Numbered from the stretch's first letter, positions 27,691-37,172 are shown. The stretch: DNA of 64,000 bases from Casimicrobiaceae bacterium (GCA_036491495.1 DASXBW010000096.1:11424-75423), one strand, 5' to 3'. Program-made: numbers and translations. Notes: generated from the sequence alone by a model not told the origin.

Positions 27691-28500
27691 TCACTTATCC
27701 CGCGAAACCCAGGCGGGCTTGCGCTTGGCGAGGAATGCGGAGATGCCCTCCTTGGCTTCGGGCGTGGCGCGAACTCGCGCGATGCGCTTGGCGGTGTCGC
27801 CAATCACTGCCTGGTCGATCGGCCGCTGCGCGACGGCGTGGATCAGCAACTTCGCTTCCGACTGCGCCTGCGGACCGGCGTCGAGCAGTGAGGCAACGAG
27901 CCGGTCGACCGCAGCGTCGAGCTCCGCTTCGGGAACGAGCTCGTGCAACAGTCCCAGTCGGCGCGCCTCTTCGGCGCCGAAGCGCTCCGCGGAAAGAAAA
28001 TAGCGCCGGGCGGCGCGTGCACCGATCGCCTCGATCACGTAAGGGCTGATCGCAGCCGGGATCAGGCCGAGACGCGTTTCCGACAGCGCGAACGTCGCGC
28101 CGGGTGCGCCGATCGCGATATCGCAGCAGGCGACGAGTCCGACGCCACCGCCGTATGCGGCACCGTGCACGCGGGCGACGGTCGGCTTGGACATGCCGTT
28201 CAATGCCGACAGCATTGCGGCGAGGCTGCTGGCATCGGCGAGATTCTCGGCCTGCGAGAAGCCTGCCATCTTCTTCATCCAGTTGAGATCGGCGCCGGCG
28301 CAGAAGCTTCTTCCCCGGCCTTCGAGCACTAGCACGCGAATGCCCGTATCCGCGTCGAGCGTCCGGACGACGTGAGTGAGCTCGGAGATCAAGGTCTCGT
28401 CGAAGGCGTTGTGAAGCTCGGGACGGTTGAGCGCCACGCGCGCGATCGCGCCGCTTACCGTTACTTCCAGTGTCGAACAGGTGGCTCCGGGATCCGCCAT
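27691..28500 (-). CDS. liuC: methylglutaconyl-CoA hydratase (enoyl-CoA hydratase/crotonase family)
   Basis: Crotonase motifs are RSFCAGADLNWM and VHGAAYGGGVGLV. It lies between liuB and liuD. Confidence 0.85.
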   Translation of the reverse strand: MADPGATCSTLEVTVSGAIARVALNRPELHNAFDETLISELTHVVRTLDADTGIRVLVLEGRGRSFCAGADLNWMKKMAGFSQAENLADASSLAAMLSALNGMSKPTVARVHGAAYGGGVGLVACCDIAIGAPGATFALSETRLGLIPAAISPYVIEAIGARAARRYFLSAERFGAEEARRLGLLHELVPEAELDAAVDRLVASLLDAGPQAQSEAKLLIHAVAQRPIDQAVIGDTAKRIARVRATPEAKEGISAFLAKRKPAWVSRDK

Positions 28501-28504
28501 GGCT

Positions 28505-30112
28505 TTACATCCGGAATACGCCGAACCGGGTCGCCTCGACCGGTTTGTTCAACGCCGCCGAGATCGCGAGCCCGAGCACCTTGCGGGTGTCGGCGGGATC
28601 GATCACACCGTCATCCCACAGGCGTGCGCTGGCGTAGTACGGATGGCCTTCGCGTTCGTATTGCTCGCGGATCGGCGCCTTGAACGCGGCCTCTTCGTCG
28701 GCGCTCCAGGCGGCTCCCTTGGCCTCGATGGCGTCGCGGCGGATTGTCGCCAGCACAGTCGCCGCCTGTTCGCCTCCCATGACCGAGATGCGCGCATTGG
28801 GCCACATCCAGAGAAAGCGCGGATTGAACGCCCTGCCGCACATGCCATAGTTGCCAGCGCCGTAACTGCCGCCGATGATCACGGTGAACTTGGGCACCTT
28901 GGCGCAGGCCACCGCGGTGACGAGCTTCGCGCCATCCTTGGCGATGCCGCCCGCCTCGTACTTCTGTCCGACCATAAAGCCGGTGATGTTCTGGAGAAAG
29001 ACCAGCGGTAGGTTGCGCTGACTGCAGAGCTCGATGAAGTGCGCGCCTTTGAGCGCGGATTCGGAGAACAGCACGCCGTTGTTGGCGACAATACCCACGG
29101 GATAACCCCACAGCCTCGCGAAGCCGGTGATCAGCGTTGTGCCGTAGCGGGCCTTGAATTCCTCGAAGTCGCTGCCGTCGACCAGGCGCGCGATGACCTC
29201 GCGCACGTCGTAGGGCTTCTTGATGTCCGCGTTGATAACGCCGTAGACCTCTTCGGACGGAAACAGCGGCTCGCGTGGCTCGGCAACGTCGAGCGTCAAC
29301 GATTTCATGCAATTCAGGCGGCCGACGATCTGACGGGCGATCGCCAGCGCGTGGTGGTCGTTTTGCGCATAGTGATCGGCGACGCCGGAGATGCGGGTGT
29401 GCACGTCGGCACCGCCCAACTCCTCGGCGCTGACGATCTCGCCGGTCGCCGCCTTCACCAGCGGCGGCCCGGCCAGAAAGATCGTGCCGTGCTCACGGAC
29501 GATGATCGACTCGTCCGACATCGCCGGCACGTACGCTCCGCCGGCGGTACAGGATCCCATCACCACGCTGATCTGCGGGATGCCCTCGGCCGACATCGTC
29601 GCCTGATTATAGAAAATGCGGCCGAAATGATCGCGGTCCGGAAAGACGTCGGTCTGATTGGGCAGGTTCGCGCCCCCGGAGTCGACCAGGTAAATGCAAG
29701 GCAAATTGTTCTCGCGGGCGATGTCCTGCGCGCGCAGGTGCTTCTTCACCGTCATCGGGTAATAGGTGCCGCCCTTCACGGTCGCGTCGTTGCAGATGAT
29801 CACGCATTCGCGACCCGAGACCCGGCCGAGGCCGGTGATGATGCCGGCGGCGGCGATGCTATCGTCGTACATGCCGTACGCGGCAAATTGGGAGAACTCG
29901 AGAAACGGCGATCCCGTATCGAGCAGCGTGCGCACTCGCTCGCGCGGCAACAGCTTGCCGCGTCCCGTATGGCGCTCCCGCGCCACGGCACCGCCGCCTT
30001 GCTCGATCTCGGCGACACGGGCTTTGAGGTCCGCCACCAGGGCGCTCAACGCGTCACGGTTGCTCGCGAAGGCGGGACCGCGGGTGTCGAGGCGGGTTTC
30101 GATGACGGGCAT
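28505..30112 (-). CDS. liuB: 3-methylcrotonyl-CoA carboxylase beta subunit (carboxyltransferase)
   Basis: A 535-aa carboxyltransferase containing [21 protein letters not shown] and [13 protein letters not shown]. Confidence 0.9.
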   Translation of the reverse strand: MPVIETRLDTRGPAFASNRDALSALVADLKARVAEIEQGGGAVARERHTGRGKLLPRERVRTLLDTGSPFLEFSQFAAYGMYDDSIAAAGIITGLGRVSGRECVIICNDATVKGGTYYPMTVKKHLRAQDIARENNLPCIYLVDSGGANLPNQTDVFPDRDHFGRIFYNQATMSAEGIPQISVVMGSCTAGGAYVPAMSDESIIVREHGTIFLAGPPLVKAATGEIVSAEELGGADVHTRISGVADHYAQNDHHALAIARQIVGRLNCMKSLTLDVAEPREPLFPSEEVYGVINADIKKPYDVREVIARLVDGSDFEEFKARYGTTLITGFARLWGYPVGIVANNGVLFSESALKGAHFIELCSQRNLPLVFLQNITGFMVGQKYEAGGIAKDGAKLVTAVACAKVPKFTVIIGGSYGAGNYGMCGRAFNPRFLWMWPNARISVMGGEQAATVLATIRRDAIEAKGAAWSADEEAAFKAPIREQYEREGHPYYASARLWDDGVIDPADTRKVLGLAISAALNKPVEATRFGVFRM

Positions 30113-30230
30113 GATTCGAGTTTCGGTTTAGGTATTCTCCACACCAGGTACCCTGGCTGGCCTTTCTGCCTGGCCTGCTAGCGGCGCTGCGTTGCTCGCT
30201 TCGTCCGCCTCGCTTACTTTGGTCGACATC

Positions 30231-30836
30231 TCACCATCCTCCCGTGGCCAGCCAGCGCTCGACCTGATCGAACCTGTCGATGCCCCAGAATGGCTCCCCG
30301 TCGACGATGATGAAAGGCGAGCCGAATACGCCGCGCGCAATGGCTTGGTCGTTGGCCTGCCTCAAAGCGTCCTTGACCGCGGGATCGTCGATGGCAGCCC
30401 GCGCGGCGGCAGCGTCGATGCCACATTTTGCGGCGACCGCGACCGCATTGTCAGGCATCGAAATGTCGACGTCGTCGACAAAGAACGCCCGGTAAAGCGC
30501 GTGAACGACGGCGGCGGCAAGCGCCGCGTCACGCTCTTTCTGCCACAGCACGATGCGCGCCGGCGCTTGGCTCGGTATCGGAAACTTCGACGGCATGCGG
30601 AAGTCGCTTACACCGTGAAAACGGGCGCTGCGCGGCATGTCGCGCCTGGAGTAGTCGCCTTTGAGCGGGACCATGGTCAGCGGCGCCGCGCCCGTTTGCT
30701 TGAAGATGATCCCGAGCAGGACCGGCTGCCAGTCGACGCTTCGGCCGTGCCTGGCGGCCATCGCCTCGACTTTTTCCGACGCAAGATAGCCGTAAGGCGA
30801 GGAAAAATCGAAATAGAAATCGATCGATGCGGGCAT
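30231..30836 (-). CDS. DsbA-like thioredoxin-fold protein, 2-hydroxychromene-2-carboxylate isomerase family (copy 2)
   Basis: Start MPASIDFYFDFSSPYGYL at 30836. The C-terminal block is ARGVFGSPFIIVDGEPFWGIDR. It is a clear paralogue of the protein at 22267..22911. Confidence 0.7.
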   Translation of the reverse strand: MPASIDFYFDFSSPYGYLASEKVEAMAARHGRSVDWQPVLLGIIFKQTGAAPLTMVPLKGDYSRRDMPRSARFHGVSDFRMPSKFPIPSQAPARIVLWQKERDAALAAAVVHALYRAFFVDDVDISMPDNAVAVAAKCGIDAAAARAAIDDPAVKDALRQANDQAIARGVFGSPFIIVDGEPFWGIDRFDQVERWLATGGW

Positions 30837-30849
30837 TTTTCTTCTTCGA

Positions 30850-31983
30850 TTATCCGACCAGCGCACGACCGATGACCATCCGCTGAATGTCGCTGGTGCC
30901 TTCGTAGATCTGGCACACGCGCACGTCGCGGTAGATGCGCTCGACCGGAAAGTCGGTGACGTAGCCATAGCCGCCATGAATCTGAACCGCATCGGAGCAG
31001 ACACGCTCGGCCATCTCCGACGCGAACAGCTTGGCCATCGACGCTTCCTTGAGGCACGGCTGTCCGGCGTCGCGCAGGCTCGCCGCGTGCCAGACCAGCT
31101 GACGCGCGGCCTCGAGCGCGGTTGCCATGTCGGCGAGCCGGAAACTTACCGCCTGATGATTGACGATAGGCTTGCCGAAGCTCGTTCGTTCGCGGGCGTA
31201 GGCGAGCGCCGCCTCGAATGCCGCTCTGGCCATGCCGATTGATTGCGCCGCGATGCCGATGCGCCCGGCCTCGAGATTGGAGAGCGCGATCCGGTAGCCT
31301 TCGCCTTTCCGTCCGAGCAGATTCGCCGCCGGAACGCGACAATTCGTGAACACGACTTGCGCGGTATCGGACGCGCGCTGGCCGAGCTTTTCCTCGATCC
31401 GGTCGGCGTTGTAGCCAGGCGCTCCGGTGTCGACGATGAACGCCGATATGCCCTTCTTGCCGGCGGATTTATCGGTCACCGCGAACACGATCGCAACGTC
31501 CGCAGTTTTGCCCGAAGTTATGAATTGCTTGACGCCGTTGAGCACGAAGTCTTCACCCACCCGCTCCGCGCGGGTGGTGATGGCGCCCGCGTCGGAGCCG
31601 GCGTGCGGCTCGGTGAGGCAAAAGCATCCGATCTTGGCGCCGCTTGCCAGCGGCTTAAGGTACTTTGTCTTCTGGTCGTTGTTGCCAAACGCGAAAATCG
31701 GTCCGCAGACTACCGAGTTCTGGACGCTGAGTATGGTCGACGTGGCGCCGTCGCCAGCGGCAATTTCCTCAAGCGCCACGGCGAGCGAGACGTAATCCAG
31801 TCCCGCGCCGCCGTACACCTCAGGTATGACGATGCCGCACGCGCCCAGGCCGGCCAGCTCGCGCAGCGCTTCGCGCGGGAAGATATGGTCGCGGTCCCAT
31901 GCGCGGGCGTATGGAGCGAGCCGCTTTTGCGCAAAAGCGCGCATGGTGTCACGCACCATGCTTTGCGAATCGTTCAGCAGCAT
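30850..31983 (-). CDS. acyl-CoA dehydrogenase (short/branched-chain type)
   Basis: Start MLLNDSQSMVRD. ACAD motifs are CLTEPHAGSDA, GEGYRIALSNLEAGRIGIAAQ and QIHGGYGY, ending IYEGTSDIQRMVIGR. Confidence 0.85.
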   Translation of the reverse strand: MLLNDSQSMVRDTMRAFAQKRLAPYARAWDRDHIFPREALRELAGLGACGIVIPEVYGGAGLDYVSLAVALEEIAAGDGATSTILSVQNSVVCGPIFAFGNNDQKTKYLKPLASGAKIGCFCLTEPHAGSDAGAITTRAERVGEDFVLNGVKQFITSGKTADVAIVFAVTDKSAGKKGISAFIVDTGAPGYNADRIEEKLGQRASDTAQVVFTNCRVPAANLLGRKGEGYRIALSNLEAGRIGIAAQSIGMARAAFEAALAYARERTSFGKPIVNHQAVSFRLADMATALEAARQLVWHAASLRDAGQPCLKEASMAKLFASEMAERVCSDAVQIHGGYGYVTDFPVERIYRDVRVCQIYEGTSDIQRMVIGRALVG

Positions 31984-32079
31984 GCGCGGCCTTGTTTCAC
32001 TGTCACCTTTCGGAGCCTGCGCTGAAACTCCCTCGCCGGGTGCTGCCGCGAGCATCCGCGGCCAATACGGGCGCCCGAA

Positions 32080-32712
32080 TCATTTTCGCGTGTCGACTGC
32101 GAGGCGCAGCGCGATCCCGGCGAGAACGATGCCGAGCACCCAGCGCTGCAGCGTGGACCACAGCGGGCGACGCGCGAGCCATGCCGTAATCGCGCCTGCG
32201 GCAAGCACGAAACAGAGATCGCCGGCGGTGTTGATGGCAATCTGCAGGAACCCGAGCGTCAGGCCCTGAAGAAAAACGCTGCCGCGGGTCGCGTCGATGA
32301 ACTGCGGAAAAAGCGCCAGATAGAACATGGCGACCTTGGGATTGAGCACACTGGTGAGCACTCCGATGCGAAACAATCGTGCCAGCGGATCCGCAGGCAG
32401 CGTCCGCGCCTGGAACAGGTCTCGGCCACCGGGCCTCAACGCGTCCCACGCGAGCCACAGCAGATAGGCAGCGCCCACGTAGCGCATCGCGTCGTAGAGT
32501 ATCGGGACCGTCAGAAAAATAGCCGACAGTCCGAGCGCTGCGGCTACGACGTGAAACACAAATCCGAACGAAGTTCCTGCCAGGGATACGATGCCGGCGC
32601 GGCGACCCTGACACAGCGTCCGCGACACGAGGTAGAGCAGGTTGGGTCCGGGCGTGAGCGCCAGCAGCAAGCACGCCAGAGCGAACAACCCGAGACTCTG
32701 CGTCGAGGGCAT
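32080..32712 (-). CDS. LysE/RhtB-family amino-acid exporter
   Basis: About 210 aa with six hydrophobic segments. The N-terminal motif is LALTPGPN and LNPK is present mid-protein. Confidence 0.75.
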   Translation of the reverse strand: MPSTQSLGLFALACLLLALTPGPNLLYLVSRTLCQGRRAGIVSLAGTSFGFVFHVVAAALGLSAIFLTVPILYDAMRYVGAAYLLWLAWDALRPGGRDLFQARTLPADPLARLFRIGVLTSVLNPKVAMFYLALFPQFIDATRGSVFLQGLTLGFLQIAINTAGDLCFVLAAGAITAWLARRPLWSTLQRWVLGIVLAGIALRLAVDTRK

Positions 32713-32728
32713 CAGCGGCGGGTCTCGA

Positions 32729-33400
32729 TCACCACGGAACCTCCTTGCCCGTGTAATCAAAAAAGTGACCGCTGACCCGCGCCCCCGCGCGTTCGATCAC
32801 CGCGCGCATGCCGGCGACGCTTGTTCCGGCGTCGATATCGGCACCGGCTCCGCCCATGTCGGTCTTGACCCATCCGGGGTGAAGCGCAATCGCCGTTACG
32901 CCGCGCGAGGCGAGCTCCAGCGCGACCGCCTTGACCACGGCGTTAAGCGCCGCCTTGCTTGCTCGATAGAGGGCGCTGCCCGCGTTGTTCATCGCACCGA
33001 TGCTTCCCATTCGACTCGACAGGTAGGCGATCCTGCCTCCCGGCCGCAGGTGATCGGCGAGTGCTGCGGAGATCCACATCGGCCCCAACACGTTGGTGCG
33101 CATGACATGATCGAAGTCGGCCTGCGTTACGGAGGTCAGCACCGGCGTGCGTGGACCGGTGACGCCGGCATTGCAAACGACGAGGTCGATGCTGGTCCCG
33201 GCCAATTGCCTGGACACGGCAGTCACATCGGCGGCTTGCGTCACGTCCAGCTTCATGACTTCGGCGCCGGCTCTGGCAAGCTCATGGGCGGCGCCGGGAT
33301 CGCGGCAGCAGCCGATCACCCGCCACCCTTCCCGCAGGTACTGACGGCTGAATTCGAGGCCCAGCCCGCGATTCGCTCCGGTAATCAACGCCAGCGGCAT
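32729..33400 (-). CDS. short-chain dehydrogenase/reductase (SDR)
   Basis: The cofactor motif is ITGANRGLG. The catalytic motif is YRASKAA and NAG is also present. Confidence 0.75.
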   Translation of the reverse strand: MPLALITGANRGLGLEFSRQYLREGWRVIGCCRDPGAAHELARAGAEVMKLDVTQAADVTAVSRQLAGTSIDLVVCNAGVTGPRTPVLTSVTQADFDHVMRTNVLGPMWISAALADHLRPGGRIAYLSSRMGSIGAMNNAGSALYRASKAALNAVVKAVALELASRGVTAIALHPGWVKTDMGGAGADIDAGTSVAGMRAVIERAGARVSGHFFDYTGKEVPW

Positions 33401-33419
33401 GAGCTAGGGCCTGTTCGCC

Positions 33420-34604
33420 CTAGGCAAGCTCGATGGCGAGCGCAGTCGCCTCGCCGCCGCCGATGCACAGGCTCGCCATGCCGCGCTTCTTGCCCAACTT
33501 TCGCAGGGCCCCCATCAGCGTCACGACGATGCGCGCGCCCGAAGCTCCGATCGGATGTCCGAGCGCGCACGCGCCGCCATGGATATTGACCTTCTCCGCC
33601 GGCAGGTCGAATTCCTTCATCGCCGCCATCGTCACCACCGCAAACGCCTCGTTGATCTCATAGAGATCGACGTCCTTCGGTGCCCATCCGAGCTTGGCGT
33701 AAAGCTTCTTCATCGCGCCCACCGGGGCAGTCGTGAACCAGCCGGGTTCCTGCGCGTGCGTTGCGTGGTCGAGGATGATTGCGAGCGGTGCAAGTCCCTT
33801 TTTTTCCGCAAGCGAGCGGCGCATCAGAACCAGCGCCGCCGCCCCATCGGAAATCGAGCTCGAGTTCGCCGCGGTGACCGTGCCGTCCTTCCGGAAAGCG
33901 GGCTTGAGGCCGGGAATTTTTTCAGGGCTCGCCTTGCCCGGCTGTTCGTCCTTGTCGATGAGAAGCTCACCTTTGCGGCTGGCGACGGTCACCGGCGCGA
34001 TCTCCCAACCAAACGAGCCGTCGTTGTTCGCCGCCAGCGCCCGCGACAGAGACCGCATCGCGAATTCATCCTGCGCCTCGCGGGTGAACTGAAACTTGTC
34101 CGCGCATTGTTCCGCAAAAAAGCCCATCAGCTTGCCCTTGTCGTAGGCATCCTCGAGCCCGTCGAGGAACATGTGGTCGCTGACGCTGCCGTGGCCCATG
34201 CGCATGCCGGAGCGCGCCTTGGACAGCAGGTAGGGCGCATTGCTCATGCTTTCCATGCCGCCCGCGACCATGATGTCGGCGCTTCCGGCGATGATCGCGT
34301 CGTGCGCGAGCATGGCCGCTTTCATCGCCGAGCCGCACATCTTGGATAGCGTCGTGCAATTGGTGGACAAGGGCAGGCCGGCCTTGATCGATGCCTGCCG
34401 CGCGGGTGCCTGTCCCTGGCCTGCCATGAGGCAGTTGCCGAAGATCAGCTCCTCGACTTCCGCGGGCTGGATGCCCGCGCGCTCGACCGCTGCCTTGATC
34501 GCGACGCCTCCCAGATCACTCGCTGCCAGCGTGGCGAAGTCGCCCTGGAAACCGCCCATCGGCGTTCGCGCGGCTCCGACAATGGCGATGGGATCATTTT
34601 GCAA
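33420..34604 (-). CDS. acetyl-CoA C-acyltransferase (thiolase)
   Basis: 394 aa. The active-site Cys region is LSKMCGSAMKA and the C-terminus contains GGACALGHPIGASGAR and CIGGGEA. Confidence 0.9.
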   Translation of the reverse strand: MQNDPIAIVGAARTPMGGFQGDFATLAASDLGGVAIKAAVERAGIQPAEVEELIFGNCLMAGQGQAPARQASIKAGLPLSTNCTTLSKMCGSAMKAAMLAHDAIIAGSADIMVAGGMESMSNAPYLLSKARSGMRMGHGSVSDHMFLDGLEDAYDKGKLMGFFAEQCADKFQFTREAQDEFAMRSLSRALAANNDGSFGWEIAPVTVASRKGELLIDKDEQPGKASPEKIPGLKPAFRKDGTVTAANSSSISDGAAALVLMRRSLAEKKGLAPLAIILDHATHAQEPGWFTTAPVGAMKKLYAKLGWAPKDVDLYEINEAFAVVTMAAMKEFDLPAEKVNIHGGACALGHPIGASGARIVVTLMGALRKLGKKRGMASLCIGGGEATALAIELA

Positions 34605-34709
34605 GACGTTTCTCCTTGGTGTGGTCGACGCAAAGCGATCGGGCCCCTGCCGCCGTTCGTGGCGCCACTGAACCTACAGACACGTTGTCGCCGCGATCAC
34701 GCGCCCCGG

Positions 34710-34922
34710 TCAGCCCTCGGCCGCGGTACCGGTGGCGCCCTTGCTGCGACTGCGTCGCGGCCGGCGGACAAGCTCTCCATTGCAGTTGGGACAGATGCCG
34801 TTGAGCGCGTTGGCGCAGGTCGCGCAGAAAGTACATTCGTAGCTGCAGATGAACGCGCCATCCTCGTCGGGCGCAAGCGGCCACGCACATCGCTCGCATC
34901 GTTGGCGCATTTCGAGAGCCAT
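34710..34922 (-). CDS. DUF1272-type small zinc-ribbon-like protein
   Basis: About 70 aa: MALEMRQRCERCAWPLAPDEDGAFICSYECTFCATCANALNGICPNCNGELVRRP. The 5' part of ORF 34710..35048 overlaps liuA. Confidence 0.6.
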   Translation of the reverse strand: MALEMRQRCERCAWPLAPDEDGAFICSYECTFCATCANALNGICPNCNGELVRRPRRSRSKGATGTAAEG

Positions 34923-34954
34923 ATCGTTCCTATTCGCCCCTGGTCGTCCAACCG

Positions 34955-36121
34955 CTACTTCGTCTCGTTGAACAGCTCGCGCCCGATCAGCATCCGCCTG
35001 ATCTCGGACGTGCCGGCGCCGATCTCGTACAGCTTGGCATCGCGCCACAGGCGACCGGTCGCGTATTCGTTAATGTAACCGTTGCCGCCGAGCGCCTGAA
35101 TCGCCTCACCCGCCATCCACGTCGCCTTCTCGGCTGCGTACAGTATCGCACCCGCGGCGTCTTTGCGCGCCATCTCGCCGCGATCGCAGGCCTGCGCCAC
35201 CGCGTAAACGTACGCCTTGCAGGCATTCATCGTCGCGTACATGTCGGCGACTTTGCCCTGCATGAGCTGAAACTCGCCGATGGGCTGACCGAACTGCTGA
35301 CGCTCGTGCACGTACGGCAGCACGATGTCCATGCAGGCGTCCATGATCCCGAGCGGCCCGCCGGCAAGCACGGCCCGTTCGTAGTCCAGCCCGCTCATCA
35401 GCACGTTGACGCCGCGTCCTTCCTCCGAGAGTACGTTGTCTTCCGGAACCTCGCAATCCTGGAATACCAGCTCGCAAGTATTCGATCCGCGCATGCCGAG
35501 CTTGTCGAGCTTTTGCGCGGTCGTGAATCCCCTCATGCCCTTTTCGATCAGGAACGCGGTGATGCCGCGCGGGCCCGCCGCGCTGTCCGTTTTGGCATAG
35601 ACGACCAGCGTGTCCGCGTCGGGCCCGTTGGTAATCCACATCTTGTTGCCGTTGAGCACAAAGTGGTCGCCGCGGCGATCCGCGCGCAGACGCATCGATA
35701 CGACATCCGAGCCAGCGCCGGGTTCGCTCATGGCCAATGCCCCGACGTGTTCGCCGGAAACGAGCTTCGGCAGATATTTTTTCTTTTGCGCGACGCTGCC
35801 GTTGCGCCGGATCTGGTTGACGCAGAGGTTCGAATGCGCGCCGTACGACAATCCAACCGACGCCGATGCACGGCTGATCTCCTCCATCGCGATCACGTGC
35901 GCTAGATAGCCCATCGCGGTTCCGCCGTACTCCTCTTCGACGGTGATGCCGAGCAGCCCGATGTCACCCATGCGCCGCCAGAGCTCGGGTGGAAACCGGT
36001 TCTCCCGGTCGATGTCTGCCGCCCGGGGCGCGATGTCGTCGGCCGCGAATTGCTGCACGGTCGCGCGCAGCATGTCGATCGTCTCGCCGAGATGAAAGTT
36101 GAGCGACGGGAAATTGAGCAT
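34955..36121 (-). CDS. liuA: isovaleryl-CoA dehydrogenase
   Basis: The start is [22 protein letters not shown]-type blocks are [17 protein letters not shown] and [23 protein letters not shown], ending [19 protein letters not shown]. Confidence 0.9.
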   Translation of the reverse strand: MLNFPSLNFHLGETIDMLRATVQQFAADDIAPRAADIDRENRFPPELWRRMGDIGLLGITVEEEYGGTAMGYLAHVIAMEEISRASASVGLSYGAHSNLCVNQIRRNGSVAQKKKYLPKLVSGEHVGALAMSEPGAGSDVVSMRLRADRRGDHFVLNGNKMWITNGPDADTLVVYAKTDSAAGPRGITAFLIEKGMRGFTTAQKLDKLGMRGSNTCELVFQDCEVPEDNVLSEEGRGVNVLMSGLDYERAVLAGGPLGIMDACMDIVLPYVHERQQFGQPIGEFQLMQGKVADMYATMNACKAYVYAVAQACDRGEMARKDAAGAILYAAEKATWMAGEAIQALGGNGYINEYATGRLWRDAKLYEIGAGTSEIRRMLIGRELFNETK

Positions 36122-36132
36122 GGCCGCTCCGG

Positions 36133-36606
36133 TCAACGATCCGGCGTGCCGGCCATGACCATCAGCGTCTGTTGCATGATGGCGCACAGCGTGCGCTTGC
36201 CCGCGCGCTCGGCGTAGACTTCGCCACGCGTGATCGCGAGAGTCCTGCCGGGTTTCACGACCTCCGCCTCCGCAATCAAGCGCTCGCCGACGGCGGGCGC
36301 GATCAGATTCAGCTTGTATTCGACGGTCAGCACACTCGCATCCGCCGGAAACAGCGTGAAGCCCGCGTAGCCGCCGGCGGAGTCGGCGATGGCGCTGACG
36401 ATCCCCGCGTGGATGTATCCGTGCTGCTGTGTGAGGTCATCTCGATAAGGCAGCTCGACGCAACAATAACCGGGTCCAAGCCTGCCGAGGCGTGCCCCGA
36501 TCAGCCGCATCGCGCCCTGCCGATCGAAGCTCGAGCGAACCCGTCGCTCGAAGTCCGGATCGGGAGGCACTCGCTCTCTACTGGCGCCCGGAAAGGATGC
36601 AAGCAT
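36133..36606 (-). CDS. PaaI-family hotdog-fold thioesterase
   Basis: 157 aa containing [18 protein letters not shown], typical of PaaI/YdiI-type thioesterases. It is the first gene downstream of the LiuR operator. Confidence 0.7.
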   Translation of the reverse strand: MLASFPGASRERVPPDPDFERRVRSSFDRQGAMRLIGARLGRLGPGYCCVELPYRDDLTQQHGYIHAGIVSAIADSAGGYAGFTLFPADASVLTVEYKLNLIAPAVGERLIAEAEVVKPGRTLAITRGEVYAERAGKRTLCAIMQQTLMVMAGTPDR

Positions 36607-36634
36607 GGCTAGGAATGGAAAGAGGTCTTTGGGG

Positions 36635-36663
36635 ACTCTACCTTACGTTTACGTAAACGTCAA
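36635..36663 (-). promoter_or_regulatory. candidate LiuR operator (perfect 16-bp palindrome ACGTTTACGTAAACGT, 36645..36660) overlapping a candidate promoter
   Basis: The minus strand reads TTGACG-tttacgtaaacgtaagg-TAGAGT, that is, a -35, a 17-nt spacer and a -10. The palindrome spans the -35 and the spacer. The element sits between the liuR stop and the paaI-liuA start, with the ATG about 29 nt downstream of the -10. Confidence 0.6.
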
Positions 36664-36681
36664 CTTATGGAACTGGAAGCG

Positions 36682-37092
36682 TCAGGCGCTCCCATTCGCA
36701 CCAACCCGCAGCCGCTTCCTGCACTGCCGTTCCAGCGCGTCGATCTCCGCGAGGACGATCGCGATGTCCTCCTTCTGCTGATTGAGCATGGCGCGGCGTT
36801 GGGCAAGCACCTGCAGGAATTTGACCAGTTGCGCCCGCTCTCCCTTGGTCGCCTCGTAAAGGTCGAGCAGCTCCCGGATCTCGGACAACGAAAGGCCGAG
36901 TCGCTTGCCGCGCAGAATCAGCTTGATGCGCACTCGCTCGCGCTCGGCATAGACGCGCCTCTTTCCCGCGCGTCGCGGAGAAAGCAGGCCTTCACCCTCG
37001 TAGAAGCGGATAGCGCGCGTGGTGAGTGCGAATTCCTTGGCGAGCTCGGAAATGCTGTAGGTGACGGGTTCCGACGGGGACGCAGATGGCAT
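36682..37092 (-). CDS. liuR: MerR-family transcriptional regulator (LiuR-type)
   Basis: The start is MPSASPSEPVTYSISELAKEFALTTRAIRFYEGEGLL (a MerR HTH), followed by a coiled-coil dimerisation helix. It heads the liu array. Confidence 0.8.
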   Translation of the reverse strand: MPSASPSEPVTYSISELAKEFALTTRAIRFYEGEGLLSPRRAGKRRVYAERERVRIKLILRGKRLGLSLSEIRELLDLYEATKGERAQLVKFLQVLAQRRAMLNQQKEDIAIVLAEIDALERQCRKRLRVGANGSA

Positions 37093-37172
37093 GGTAGCGG
37101 TGCAAAACGATGAAACCTGGAGAATCAACATACCATAACCGTGTTGTATGAAAAGGCGGGGCTACGCTTGAC

